DNA of 64,000 nucleotides from Raillietiella orientalis (Eukaryota): NCBI GenBank assembly GCA_036172245.1, contig JAYWIR010000029.1, positions 62,001 to 126,000 of the forward strand, read 5' to 3'. Shown piece by piece: positions 1 to 13,899 of this stretch (position 1 is its first letter; each line of letters starts with the position of its first letter). The notes under the pieces were generated by a model. It saw only the letters and a program-made list of their open reading frames with translations, ran no database searches and was not told where the DNA came from. The position numbers and the translations under genes were made by a program.

Positions 1-2100
1 CTTCTTGAGGGAGCATTTCGGAAGCAACCTCCTGGAAAAATGAGTGGTCTTCCGTGAAAGACGCGCAAGATGGTAGGACCACATGCCGTCTCAAGGGACG
101 CTGATAAACAGCGAGATCACCCTGACTGATTCTTTGTCCCAGAGCTCCTTGCTCCTCGGCACTATTTGCAATTTGATATTCTCAACGAGTTGCTGCATTC
201 GTGCCCACATAAGGTCCACTTGTTTCCAGTCACTCGCGGTGAGTGCCATGGCTGACGTCAGGCCGTCAGTTCCGTGCACCAGCCTTGAGAGGGCGTAGTG
301 GAACGTAAACGACCAGTCATTCCATGTGCTGACAATTCGGACCAGATGTTTCAGGTCCTGGGGTTTCACGGCAGTGGCGACGCAGCGCACGCCGGTGCCT
401 CCTTCCGTCCGCAGGCGACACAGGTACTTCAGTTTCGCTTTGGATCTTCTGCTGTTCCATACGAGGTTGCTTCTGATGTCGGCTAGCTGTTTTGCTGTCT
501 TCGGGGGAATCGTCTGAAAGGACGCAATGAAGAGAAGCTTCGGAACCATCACCCTATCCCAAGGATTGGCCTTGTCCTTATGAGAGAAGTGAGTCCCGAC
601 GTACTGAGTGACTTCTTAGCGCAGCTTGGCCAGGATAGTTGACCAACTCTGCAGCTCCAGGACTGGTGTTTCATCGCCGAGAAGTACCCCGAGGTACTGC
701 CCGCTGCCCGCAATCCTGAAGCCGCGCGGGTGTGGAGGACGGTGACGTCCAGTATTCCGACGGAGAGCAGATGCGACTTGTTGGGGTCTACCTTGAGTCC
801 GAGGCCACACTCCATGGCCTGAACGTGCTAGAAATTCTCCCTCGACGAAATACTCTGCTTTCTAAACAAATTCTTACCCTCCTCTATGCCGTGGGCATCA
901 GTGGGACCAAAATTTTTCCGCCAGCTGCAGTGAGTGAGTGCTCCATGTTAGAAGAGGAGGACCTTGATGAGTTTTTTTGCTATCAGAAGCTTCCCGACAT
1001 CGCAAAGCTTAAGGGGCATAAAGTCGAGAAGCGAACCTTCTTCTGGAGGAATTCCTCCAGAACTTCGCTAAAGAACTGTTCTTCCTGATGCGTAGAGGTG
1101 CCACACTGGTATGGGAGACGGACGAGAACCAAGACGAGACGGACGAGAATTCCTTTATGGAAAAGTTACACTTTGGTTGAACCTAAAGAACTGGCTTACA
1201 CAATCTCAGCAGCAGGCTCCCATCACTTTACTGAATGCGAATGCGAAGTTGCTGTGGAAATTGTGTACTGCTCGACTCAGGAAGGTGAGGGACTCCTTGG
1301 TGAACCTGGAGAAGACTTGCACTATTCTCAGACGAAACATGATGTCAACCTGCTCTTCGCTTAAGTGTGGTTTCGGCTGCAATAAAAGGTTGCATAGGAG
1401 AGCTGCAGGACTGACAAGAATCCAAGCTGGACCTGAAAAGCGGGAAAAAAAGGTGAATTCAGATGCCTGGAGACCTTATTCGATCAGCAAAAAAAATTCG
1501 ACTGCATAAATCTGCATTCCCTCTAGGAGCACTAGAAGGCCTATCTAGATCTCTCATCCTCGTGGTTCGCGAATCTGAGTTCCATCTGGTACAATGATAA
1601 ATGTTTGTTTTAGCGATCTCCACGCTTACAACGTGCGAGTAGAGTGAAAACCAGGCGAAGGAATAGCTTGAGGCGCATGCTATTCAGCAAAGGACTCAAG
1701 CTACTTCCAGTTGTGCTGCACGCGTATGGGGAAACTCTGGAGTCCCTGTAGTCCGTGCACACCGGCCGTGGAGGCTTATGATGACGACCTGCTTCTCCGA
1801 CTTTCGTTTACGCCCGACAGTGAAGCTGGAAGGGTTCAATTTGGTCCGCGGGGGAATGGTCATGTGTACAGGTAGAAAGGCATGGTTGTACCGTAGGTGC
1901 GTCGTGTGGTGGGAGACCGTGGGACTGGATCCGTCTGAGGATCCCCATGGGAATACTTTCAAGTACCTGAGCTTCCATGGGCGACTTCTGCTCTACAGAA
2001 GCGTGGTTCGCCTGCTCTCAGAAGACTATCAAGTCCACTGGGTTCATTCGTGGATAATTTCCCTTTCAGGAAGTGACAGGAATATCGAAAACTGCGTTGT
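1..2100 (-). mobile_element. Degenerate L1/Tx1-clade LINE (ORF2 fragments, internally deleted)
   Basis: Minus-strand fragments resemble L1/Tx1 ORF2: RT-like 'PEEGSLLDFMPLKLCDVGKLLIAKKL' (~1050-975), 'GLKVDPNKSHLL', 'QYLGVLLG' and post-RT 'LFIASFQTIPPKTAKQLADIRSNLVWNSRRSKAKLKYLCRLRTEGGTG'. Many stops and frameshifts; boundaries approximate. Confidence 0.75.
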
Positions 2101-2854
2101 GTTTTCTTTCTCTGATCTCTACCTTTTGTTTGCTTCTCCTCTCCTTACGAGGAAGAGACTACCAATGCCCTATTCAGGAAAGTCCTGTGGCTTGTACTTT
2201 GAACTACTTGGATCTACTTCCATACCAACTGAAATGGTGTCTTCCTGCTTTAGAAAATCAAAAACGCTTTCACTGTTAACCTTCTTAGTTCCATGTTTTC
2301 ATAACTTCGTCTGCTTTATTGCTACTGCTTCCCCTCAGCTAATTGTTCTAATTCACCTTGCTGTAAGTTATTCGTGCATAGCTGTCAGCTCTTTATCAGG
2401 AAGTCTTCTCCAATTCACTGAATCCAATATTTTGTTCTGACTTTAATAAATCAGCATTTTGGTTTTTGAATCCTTCAAATTGTATCTGAAAGTATTTCCT
2501 CCCCAGAGCCTTTGAAATACATTGAAAAAGTCCAGTGTTTGAACTCTTCCGGAATTCAAGCATCAATAGTTTATCTCGAATCTTTGATCTCTTCAAGCAG
2601 TCTGATCATTAAATGGAATGAACGATGACATCGTTCGGATACCATACCCTGATCGAAAGCTCAAGGTGGTAAAGTTGAGGTTATGATTGATGGCTAAAAT
2701 TTCAATGTTCATGTTCATGTTCTAATCAGCAAACAGATGAATAGCAAAGGATTACTACTAATCAGTAAAGCTATAAAATTCCAAGTTATTCTGACTTAGA
2801 GATTAAGAACTCAATTGAGAAGTATGAATCATTATACTGCTTCTTTGATACTTC

Positions 2855-2941
2855 TGTTAAGTTCTTCAAAGCATTTTTCCTTTGCTGTTCTAACTATTCT
2901 TTTCTGATCTTCTTCCTCATCACTCATACCCTAAACAAGAT
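2855..2941 (-). repeat. 87-bp duplicate of the eIF3c intron 1 acceptor plus 5' part of exon 2
   Basis: 2855..2941 matches 6161..6247 at 84/87 positions by manual alignment, including the TAG acceptor; it reads [25 protein letters not shown]. Confidence 0.95.
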
Positions 2942-3275
2942 GCACGATGCAAAAATAAAAACAAATGCCAATTGTTGTTCTTTCAGACCCTGAACTTTTT
3001 AATGCAGATTCAAGAAATCACAGTGATCACTACCAAATAAATATTACTTTCCTTGTATTCAGTTCGGTCATTTGCAATAAATTTGAAGTTTTTCAATAAT
3101 TTTATAAACTATATTTCATTGCAAATAATACCATACAAATTTAAATAATTCAGATTGAACATGTTCCTAGTTGACTTCATATTTTCTTAAATCTCTCATC
3201 AAGTGATGAAAGCAAGAAGTTATTGATATGAGTGCTTCAAAAACTTGGAAGTCTTGAATAAGTTGGCATTCACAA

Positions 3276-6200
3276 CTAATACACTCGTTCCTGTTGTCTA
3301 GAACGATTTCTTTCATTCCACTGTCCCTGTTGTCCCTGCCTGCTAAATATTTGCCTGTCACGATAACCTGGCTGCTGTCCAGAACGAGGGAATATTCCAC
3401 CTTGCTTGCTTTCCAGAATACGTTCATTCCATTCCACTAACGATGTAATTTTGTCTGCCAACTGCAAGCATACCGACTGTAAACGAGATGGCTCAGTTCT
3501 GTGCATAACAATTGCACGAGTAGGCTGATCCAATGAAGCCATCAATTCTTCATTGATTATCATTTTGGAAACAATTGAGTGTACAACTCTCAAGTCTAAA
3601 TTGAATGATTCTGCTAGCAGTGGAAGTGATATGGAATCATACACAGATGAATGTGTAAACAAGTAGGTACGCAAACTTTCAACCTGAATCTTGTGTGTCA
3701 ACATCTCTCTAACACTATTAGCTTGATGGAAAAGATCCCATACTTTGGTATTCATCTTCTCATTGATAATATAATTGTGACATAGCCGCCAATTCCCATT
3801 ACGCATGGCTTTTGATGCAGCTACTACATGTTCTCTCATGGATTCAGGTGGTCCAACCAATGCTTGCCGTTCTGACACTTTGAGCTGATGGTGGAAGCTT
3901 TTTGAAATCATGCGACGACGAGCATCAAACTCATGTGCTGCCATGTACGGGATTTCCATCAGCATGGCAGACACCAAATACACACATTCCAGTAGTTCTA
4001 AATTGATGTGCATATGAAATGGCATCTGACGTTGCTTCTCAATTTTTTCTTGTTCACTGGTGCGTTCTTGCTGTCTCTGTAAAAGTAACCCTTGTGCAAG
4101 GAGCTCCTTTGCTCGGCCACCAGACTGAATATCCAGTAAGGCATTATGAGCATCCTTGATGTTTCCATGTCGAAAAGCACATAAGCCTAACTGCACCATG
4201 GTACGATTGTAAAGTATCTGGGTAGGTGGATCTGAATGTTGGATAGTATCCTGTAGATGTGACATATGGATCAAATCACGTGCTTGATACCAATGATCAT
4301 GCAAAGCAAGATGATAAATATGACATAGGATGGCACGTGTTCTCAGGCGATCTGTGTTATCCTTGGCATAGATATATTTGCAAAGTGAGTCCATCATCTG
4401 CAAGCTGGTCTCTTGATTTTTATCGATCTTTCCCTACCCTGGATATGAGTGAATACAGCATTTTTTCTGACTACCTGTTTCTGGTCAAAGATGCGAGAAT
4501 CAAATTTATAATACAAATGTTCAATGCGATGCAGATAAATGCGGCAGAGTTCGGATGTGCTTCCATTGTGCTGTTCTAAATATGTCTGTAACTTGGTGAT
4601 TAAGCGACATATTATCTTCTCATCTTTAAGCCTATGAAAAATTCTTGTGTATTGTATTTTCACTTATACCAACCTCTCCACATATTCTGTGCTATGAGCA
4701 TCACATTCCTTGAGCATCTTAATAAATTCTTCATCCACTTTCTCGATGACAGTTAGCATGCAACCCCATACTTTATATGGAGGCTTGTCTAGAATCTCAC
4801 TCTCCTCAGGTATATTCTCTCTTAAAACCAAATCTTTTTGCTCTATTAAAATGTCCAGTAAATCATCTACCTTATGGAGCAATCTATAACAAATTCAATG
4901 ACATGTTCCATGGACTGACTTTACCTTTCCCAATATTCTGCCCGCATAGGATTGGCAACAGCTGGATTGTAATCAAAAAGAGATGAAATAATAGCCAGAT
5001 GGATCTTGATAGCAATTGCTGGTCCCAGATCATGTGTTTCAGCCACGTGCTTCAGCTCATTAAGCAATTCAATCTGTTCTTTTCTATCAGTGCCTTTCTT
5101 GCCTCTTGCTGCCAAAATCTCTTGCAATTTTTTTTGCACTACTGCATGATTAATCTCAGCATCTTTGGGAAACATTTTTGGCTTTTCCTAGAAACCAAAG
5201 ATAAAATGCAATTCTTTCATATGAATAAATAAATACTCACCACTGATACAGCCCCTCCTTTAACAGTAGTCCATTCACCTTCTTCTTCACCTTCTTCTAG
5301 TTTCTTCTTTCTTACTGTTCTCTCTTCCTTTTTTTTTTCCTTTCTCTTTCTTTTTTCTTCATCATCTTTGTCTGTGGTCCTGAATAAAGAAAGCATTACA
5401 AAATCACAAATGATTAGTGAGTTCCATCCTAGCCGTAAACTACGTACTTCTTCAAAAAATAGGCAATGGTATAACCTTCTCTTTGACCTTCTTCTTCACT
5501 CTCTGAACTACTTTCGGAGTCACTACCCCAATCAATAGAGTCATCACTGTCGCCATCACCATCTCCCTTCTCTAATTCAGGCATCTGCCCAATGACAGGC
5601 TCTTTTGTGGTAATAATTCCTTTTTTTATCTGCTCTACATCTTCCTCCTCAGACATAAATTCTAAAAACAATCCTAATCTGCTTTCAAGAAATCATCAAC
5701 CTACCTGCATCGTTTTCTTCATCGAAATCGTCATCAATGAAGTCAGGGGTAGTTCGAAACTTCCCAATTTCCTCTTCAAATTCCCGATTATATTTCCTGA
5801 TTTTCTGGCGTAAAGCTGCCAGAGACTTTGAATTATTTTTTGACATGTTTTTTCTGCATACACGATAAACAAAACACTGCATATTAAAATATATCCAGTA
5901 TTTTACCTTCCTTCTCTGTCTTCCCATGTATAATTGAGAAAATCTTCCATTTCAACTAAACAACGAACATAGAATCTGGGTAAAACACCTCCTTCTTCTT
6001 TAAGTATAACAGGAAGAGCTTTCTGATACGCTTTAGTCAAATCTTCAAAACCTATTTGAAAATAACTTTTTGGATGTTTAAGAAAGCAGAACGTAATCAC
6101 TTGTTTGTAATTTGCTCATGTCCTTGATTTTTTTAAAATTTCTCATTTGCTTAATGATGTTGTTGAGTTCTTCAAAGCGTTTTTCCTTTGCTGTTCTAAC

Positions 6201-6521
6201 TATTCTTTTCTGATCTTCTTCCTCATCACTCATACCCTAAATAAGATTCACACACTTAATCACATACTAACATATGCAAAAATTTAGAGTATGCAGTATT
6301 TGAAACAAAAATAGACAGAAACACATAGTATCATAATGCACTCTGACGCAACTATATGCATCACAAATACAAATGACTACGCACGTTGAAAGCATTGCAA
6401 GTAAACACACACTTACTCCAAATGCAGTAGCAAAAGACTGCTTTGGGGCTTGGGGAACATCACTTTCATTCCCTGATGTTTCTGATTCAGAATCTGAAGC
6501 TGTGGCAAAGAAACGACTCAT
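3276..6521 (-). CDS. eIF3c: Eukaryotic translation initiation factor 3 subunit C, 891 aa
   Basis: complement(join(3276..4433,4475..4631,4674..4883,4925..5187,5241..5379,5448..5661,5705..5853,5907..6051,6101..6236,6417..6521)). All introns GT-AG, 2676 nt open frame. N-terminus [15 protein letters not shown]-terminal PCI region with '[18 protein letters not shown]', '[17 protein letters not shown]', '[17 protein letters not shown]'. Confidence 0.97.
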
Positions 6522-9314
6522 AATGTCAACTTTTTAATTAGGCAACAATTTAAAAACTGTAGCCAGTAATTAAACAGACATCTGAAAAAGTATCGCATTA
6601 TTTTCAAATATAAGATAAAGCAAAGCAAAAGAAGTGGAAAATTCAAATACATTCAAGTGTATTGTTTAAGCAAATAAATATCAAAAACATTTCAAAATAA
6701 AACTGTGCTTCAGAAGACTGGTATACACAACTTTAACACACAATTTCACACAATTATGTGACATTAATCTAATCATATAACAGCGTAAAATTGTTGTTTC
6801 CTCTATATATTTATGTTTTTTCCATAAAAAGCTTAATTTTTCCCACAGAACAAATTCTATTCCAATCAAATTCTGCGCAAGAATGGGAGTACACTCTTTT
6901 AAAATTCACAAGAACGATATCTATATGCCAAATTCTCTACACAATCAAGTTTCCATACGCGCGTACGACATCCTTGCTACACGCACGATATCTAGTGAGC
7001 GATTTCAAACCAACAAGTGCCACAAACACTGAGCGTATTGCAGTAAATGAATAAAAATTATGCTTCCCATCATTTGAGGATTATCATTGATTCTCGTGGA
7101 TCATTTTTAGGAAGAAATACTCATGTGATCAGTGAGAAATTCGATGATCAAAGATAATCAGAATTTGGGTAATCTAGAAGTTTGACCTTAAATTAGGATT
7201 TCGAATATTATTTAAAAACTTCATATTTTCTTTGCATATATATTAGCAAAACTGTTTATTCTTTTCAATTATTCGTGATTTCATTGTTCCTTCCGTCCAC
7301 AAAGTAGGTTTATGCAAATCTCCTGTATTTTTAAAACTTTACTTTTGAATAGATTTTTTAAACATTTGTTTACAGTACTTCTGAGTTAGGCAACTTTGAG
7401 TTTAGGCTTTTAGATAGTTTCATATGAATGAATATTTTTATCCTTAAAATAAAACGTCCTAAGAAGCTAGATGAACAAGAAATATTTATGAAAAAGGAGA
7501 GAAACTGAACTCTTAAATACTATCTTCTTTTATTCTAGTGGCTCTCAAAGATTACTTCTTGTAATAAAAGATTACTTTGAAGACTAGAAGAGGGTAATCA
7601 GAGACTCTCAACCGATTTCAAAAGTGGAAATCCTTTCATTTCATTACCGTGTCAAAGTAATTTATTGATACATGTCATCTCATCAAAGTGTTAATCAGTT
7701 ATGTAAAATTTTAGGTGCTCTTTGTTCACTCAACCCATATAGTGTCCACATTCAATACTTAAATTTTGCTTCCCCCCCCCCCCCCTGTTGACTTTATGTT
7801 CAGAGTAACTCTAACATTCCAAACATATTCAAGAAACAATATATCTGACCTTGAATGGAAATTTCATTAATCAAATATTTAGTCAATGGTTGTCCAGCCA
7901 CTGGGTTCGTGGACGAGGGTCGTTCAAAAGTCAAGCAGAGGGCAAAGCACTCTCAGCACAGAAATTCCTTCTGTAGGGTATTTTGTTAAGGCCATTCAAG
8001 CTGTAAAGTGGACAGACTTGCAAACGGCTATTTCATCAAGATCATCAAAAACTGCTAAGAATTTTTTTGCTATGATAAGAACAATCTGCTTTTCTCGTAG
8101 TGAGAAATAATCTCTCTCACACTCTTGAGAATCAGTGGTATTACCGTTCACTAATGAGTAAAAATTATTAGCAACAGGCTTTGTAAAGATGCATGTGGAA
8201 ACTGGAATCTCAGTGATTTTCCTGTAATTGTATTATTGTTTCAAAACTGAAAAACTATGTATGTAGAAGCTGCATATTTCAAATTTGTATGCTCTAATCA
8301 TTATGCGTTTTAAAATAAGTATTCATAGTTTCTATTCCCCAAAGTTCCTGGTTTGTTGAAGTACTTTTTGTTGTTCCCCTTTTCATTCCTATCTTTTCTT
8401 TTCTTTGTTTAACGAGTGCCGATGTCAAAACTCGAGAAACACACTTTCCAGGTTTGCATTAAGCTCGATTCAGATTCAGTGCGTTGAGTGGTACACCTTC
8501 GATCCTACTTCGGAAGGAATTGTGGTTTTCTTTCCTCTGCAATATCTTCGAGTGCAACTGTAAAGAACAAAAACTGTAACTCCCTAAAAGTGTTCTCTAG
8601 CTTTCTCATTCGTTGACATGGTAAAGGTGTTATTTGCCAACAGCCTGCTTTGTTGCAATCTTTAAGTGGCAAAGATATGATTTATCCATCTGGATCCACA
8701 CGCCACAAGACTGAAGGGAGATTGCTGCATCTGACTGCACTTCCTGTGGGACTTTTCTCGCCTTTGATCTCCCGTGGAAAGCAGAAACCCAGCGCGTGTT
8801 AGCACGCAAGGACTGTTGCATATGAATTTCCTTCAATTTTAAAAATGAACTATTATCCTTCCTTTAATTATTGTCATAATTAGGATCAGATAGCAGTGAT
8901 TATTTTCCTTCCATTGTCTTCTCCTCCCTTCAGAAAAACGTTGCAAAAGATTTTCATCTGTAGGCAGATCACACCTGTTTTTTTTTTTTTTGCTTAAATT
9001 GAAAATTTTCAATCATTTGTTTTCGTATATTTCTTTCGTATTTACATGGAATCCAATTCTATTTTGAAAATAGAGAAGCTCTTGTGTTATGAAACTTTCC
9101 AGCTAACCACTTACATCATGTGATTGCATAAGTTTATTAAACATTACGGGGTTTTACGCACGTGAGTGAAAAAAGGCATGAGATGAATTCATCTCCTTTC
9201 CATGGTTACGCAAAGGGACTTCGACGACCGACCATGCAGGTGGTGAAACTCGTAGCTACTTAACCTGAATTACTTTATCATCGAAACTCATCGCCAACGT
9301 TACGCTAAATATCA

Positions 9315-9885
9315 ATGATAGAACTCCATGAACTCATCATCTTGGTGGGCCTTTCAGAATTTCCAGGACCAGCCTTTTCCAGGGTCTGCCACATGGGACA
9401 GGACACGGTAAGAACACTAAAGAAAGGCTGGGAATATCTACGTACGAATATGACATTAAGCAGCAATCGATGTATTTGCAGAGTGTACATTGATTGCAAG
9501 GTAAAACTAAAACTGTTGACTGATGTGATTGCTTTCAGGAGAATAACAAAAGTTTCGAAAAATTTTGTCCCTTAAAATTCGACAAAAATGAATTCACTGA
9601 CTGACTTTCTGATTATAAAGTAATTAACATGGACACTAGCCTCACATCCATGCAACCATGCATCAAATTTGTGACAATTCTCTGAATCTTAACCCGATGC
9701 TGAATTATCTGCAGCGTTTTGTTAAATACCGGAATGCTAAACAATGCCCTGCAGAAAAAAATAATAGTTCGAAGAAAAAATACATACCCCAAAAGCCACA
9801 AGTAAGGTTTCTACACAGCTTGTTTGGGTTCTTTTGTTTTCTCAATTACTCAAATGATATGATGTATTGCAAGTTTGAAGAATAA
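9315..9885 (+). CDS. Possible small 3-exon gene, 88 aa, unknown function
   Basis: join(9315..9407,9640..9801,9874..9885). Both introns phase 0 with strong donors (GTAAGA, GTAAGG); AATAAA overlaps the stop. Hydrophobic N-terminus; no recognisable family; acceptors are weak. Confidence 0.3.
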
Positions 9886-10992
9886 AGTAAAGTCTTACTA
9901 TCAAACACTCAGACAACTCATTTCTCGAAAAAACTTTTTCAGTTGAAAACTAATCCCATAAGCGAAAGTGATTTTGTTATAAATTGAGAAATTCGTAAAT
10001 TATCGCTTTAAAAAGTAATAGGGTGCTTTAAAATTCTTCTATGCTTAAAAGTTGCCTAATCAGAAATCGGAAGTGGATTTTGGTTCGTTTTCATGTATTA
10101 CGTACTTACATAATTTCACATTAAATTAAACGTTATTGCCTATACTCTGAATGTTCTAGCAAAATCCAAATTTTCTTCCCAAATAATTTTTGAAAACACT
10201 TACATAGTGGGGAGAAAACCAAGTTTTCAAATCTAACTAAAGCTCTTTCACATGAGAAAAAATGATTTAGCTTTGCTGACTGAAAAATTTTTGCAGTAAA
10301 CAACATTTGGTGTGCAAATACTTTTAGAAGAATGAAATCACTCACATAGCTAATTAGCAAAGTAAAATGCATCAATTCAACATGAGAAAATTGGCTATTT
10401 CAAGTATGGAAGATTGCCAGTACTTTCATCCAATAATTTTTTTGCATATTCTCAGCTTTCATTTTACAACATAGTCACATATAAAAACACAAATACTTGG
10501 ACACAAGTACTAAAAAACTGTACAAATGAGAAATAAAATAAGCACAAAAAAATTGATTAATAAATACATGCACACAAAAATCAATTTCAGTTTTCACACA
10601 AGTATCGACTAAATAAGTAATTTCTTTGCAACAGCACTGTTGGTCATTTAAAAGCATCCAAAAATCTGCACCAGACTCAGGTTGTCTGTTTACCTAGAGC
10701 TGTACAGAGTTTTTGCAAACTTTCTGTTGTTTCAATGTTTTATTTCGTAGTTTAAATTTTTGCATGCAATTCTAAACTATAGTAAATGACCAATTTTCTT
10801 AAAACAAAATTAGAATACACTTTTCTAATTTAAAGATACCCTTAATAGACAAAACATTGAAAATCACATGAACAAAACTATTCAGAATTTTGAATGTATC
10901 AGATTTGTTTCTTTAATTCTCAGTTAAATTGCTGGCTGGAGAAATCCCCCTGCCTTCAAATTTATGCCTTCTGGCATCTCTGATGTTCTATA

Positions 10993-12247
<1,255 letters not shown>

Positions 12248-13899
12248 GCTGGTGTGCTGATACTAATTAGCTACTTCAAAGATGGCACCATGCATCATAT
12301 GCCTATAGCAAGTACCAAAACAGTGACAAACGTTAGCAATAAGAAATCAAAAGGTTATGCTCTAAACCGATTCAGCCACACATAGAAACACACACACAAA
12401 ATGATCATACTTTACGAAGAGTTAATACAAACGCAAATATCTAAAGTCTGAATATTTTTCGGTATGTCCTTGTTGCATAATTAAGGCACTAAAACAATGC
12501 TGAAACAAAAAATACAGCATTGAAATAAAGCCATTTATGAAGTTATATATCTTTATATAATTTATTTGGTACCGTTTGCAAACTGTGTATCAGCAAACAA
12601 ACAGTAACATTACTCTTTAAAACCTTATCATACGATCAATTTACCTCTTCCTTACAACACTTAAAGCAACAAATTTAGGTACTTTAGCAGCTGTTTATTT
12701 ACTGACAATTTTTTCTCCGTAAACTATGTTAATAACACGATACAAAGCCCAACGTAAAATAAAGGAACACTTCTGCTCTAATTATTGTACAAAAGAGTGC
12801 AGGACTCCCACATCTGTTTTTGAATACCAAAATTTAGAAATGCATCGAAATTTCAGCCACACAAAGTTTCTTTACATAATTAGGGAAGCAATAGCTACAT
12901 TTCTAAGATCATGATTATTCGGTAAAATTTAGATCAATTTTGTATTTCTATGAAGTAAGGCATTTTTAATAGAAGGCTGAAGGAATCTATCGTTTGATTT
13001 ATTTCTCAGAAAACAATCGAATCACACAGTACCTTCACACCATATGAAAAGTTCTCTATCAGCAATTCTAGTTAAAGAAAATTTTGGTATTCATTTGGAA
13101 TATTGTGATAAAAATCTAATCTTTCTGACAGATAATCGGATTTGCAGCTACACATAGCAGTTGCAGATCCCAATACATGTTCAATTGCAAAATTGATGAA
13201 ATTGTTCATTCACCTCAACTTCATGTGTTTAAATGTGTTATCTCTTTAAATAAAGTTCTCTTAATTACTTGGGAATGTCGTTCAATCAAGATTAGATCCA
13301 ATTAAATTTTATTACTGAGCTGAGCGATCCCTAAGCGGCTTCACTTAAAATACACTTGAATATTGAAAAGTCAGTATACTACCTAGTTCCTCTAATGAGT
13401 GAAATTTTTCGCCAACTTGTTTTTGTTTTCTTTTCATGAATTCATCCTTCCTGACTTTCTCTTTTGTTTTTACATGTGCAGCAAAAATCGATTTTGGAGA
13501 ACTGGGCAATGTTTCACTGGGTCATTCATCCCTCACTTGCGTGATTCAGTGATTAGTTGGATGAATGAGTGATCATTGTAGAAAATGAACTTTTTGTCAG
13601 CTAATGGTGCTATACTTAAATCATCCATGAGAAAATGCTGGTGATAAATATTTTTGATGCATTGTAGTCGCATTCTTCAGCTCATGATTTCAAAAGTAAC
13701 TTTTCTCTCTCTCTCGTTTTTACAAATAAACTCTAAGAACTAAACTCGAATTTACAGTACTTTTAGAATTAATCTATTCCTAGTAACTGTGACCTTAAAC
13801 TTCGCTATCTCTATGTCGATTATAAACTTTGTCACTTCACGTATACTTTAAAAGACTCATTCCTACTCTTTTCGGCTTGCTGATGCCAACAAAAATAAG

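Noticed and set aside
1778..2440. 220-aa plus-strand ORF
   Set aside because: Antisense to a decayed LINE-like region, with no recognisable domain.
6237..6416. Possible intronic snoRNA in eIF3c intron 1
   Set aside because: No C/D box pair (no CTGA) and no convincing H/ACA double hairpin.
7880..8221. Minus-strand exon-like frame of about 74 codons after a CAG acceptor
   Set aside because: Interrupted by stops further on and no family recognised; I cannot build a gene from it.
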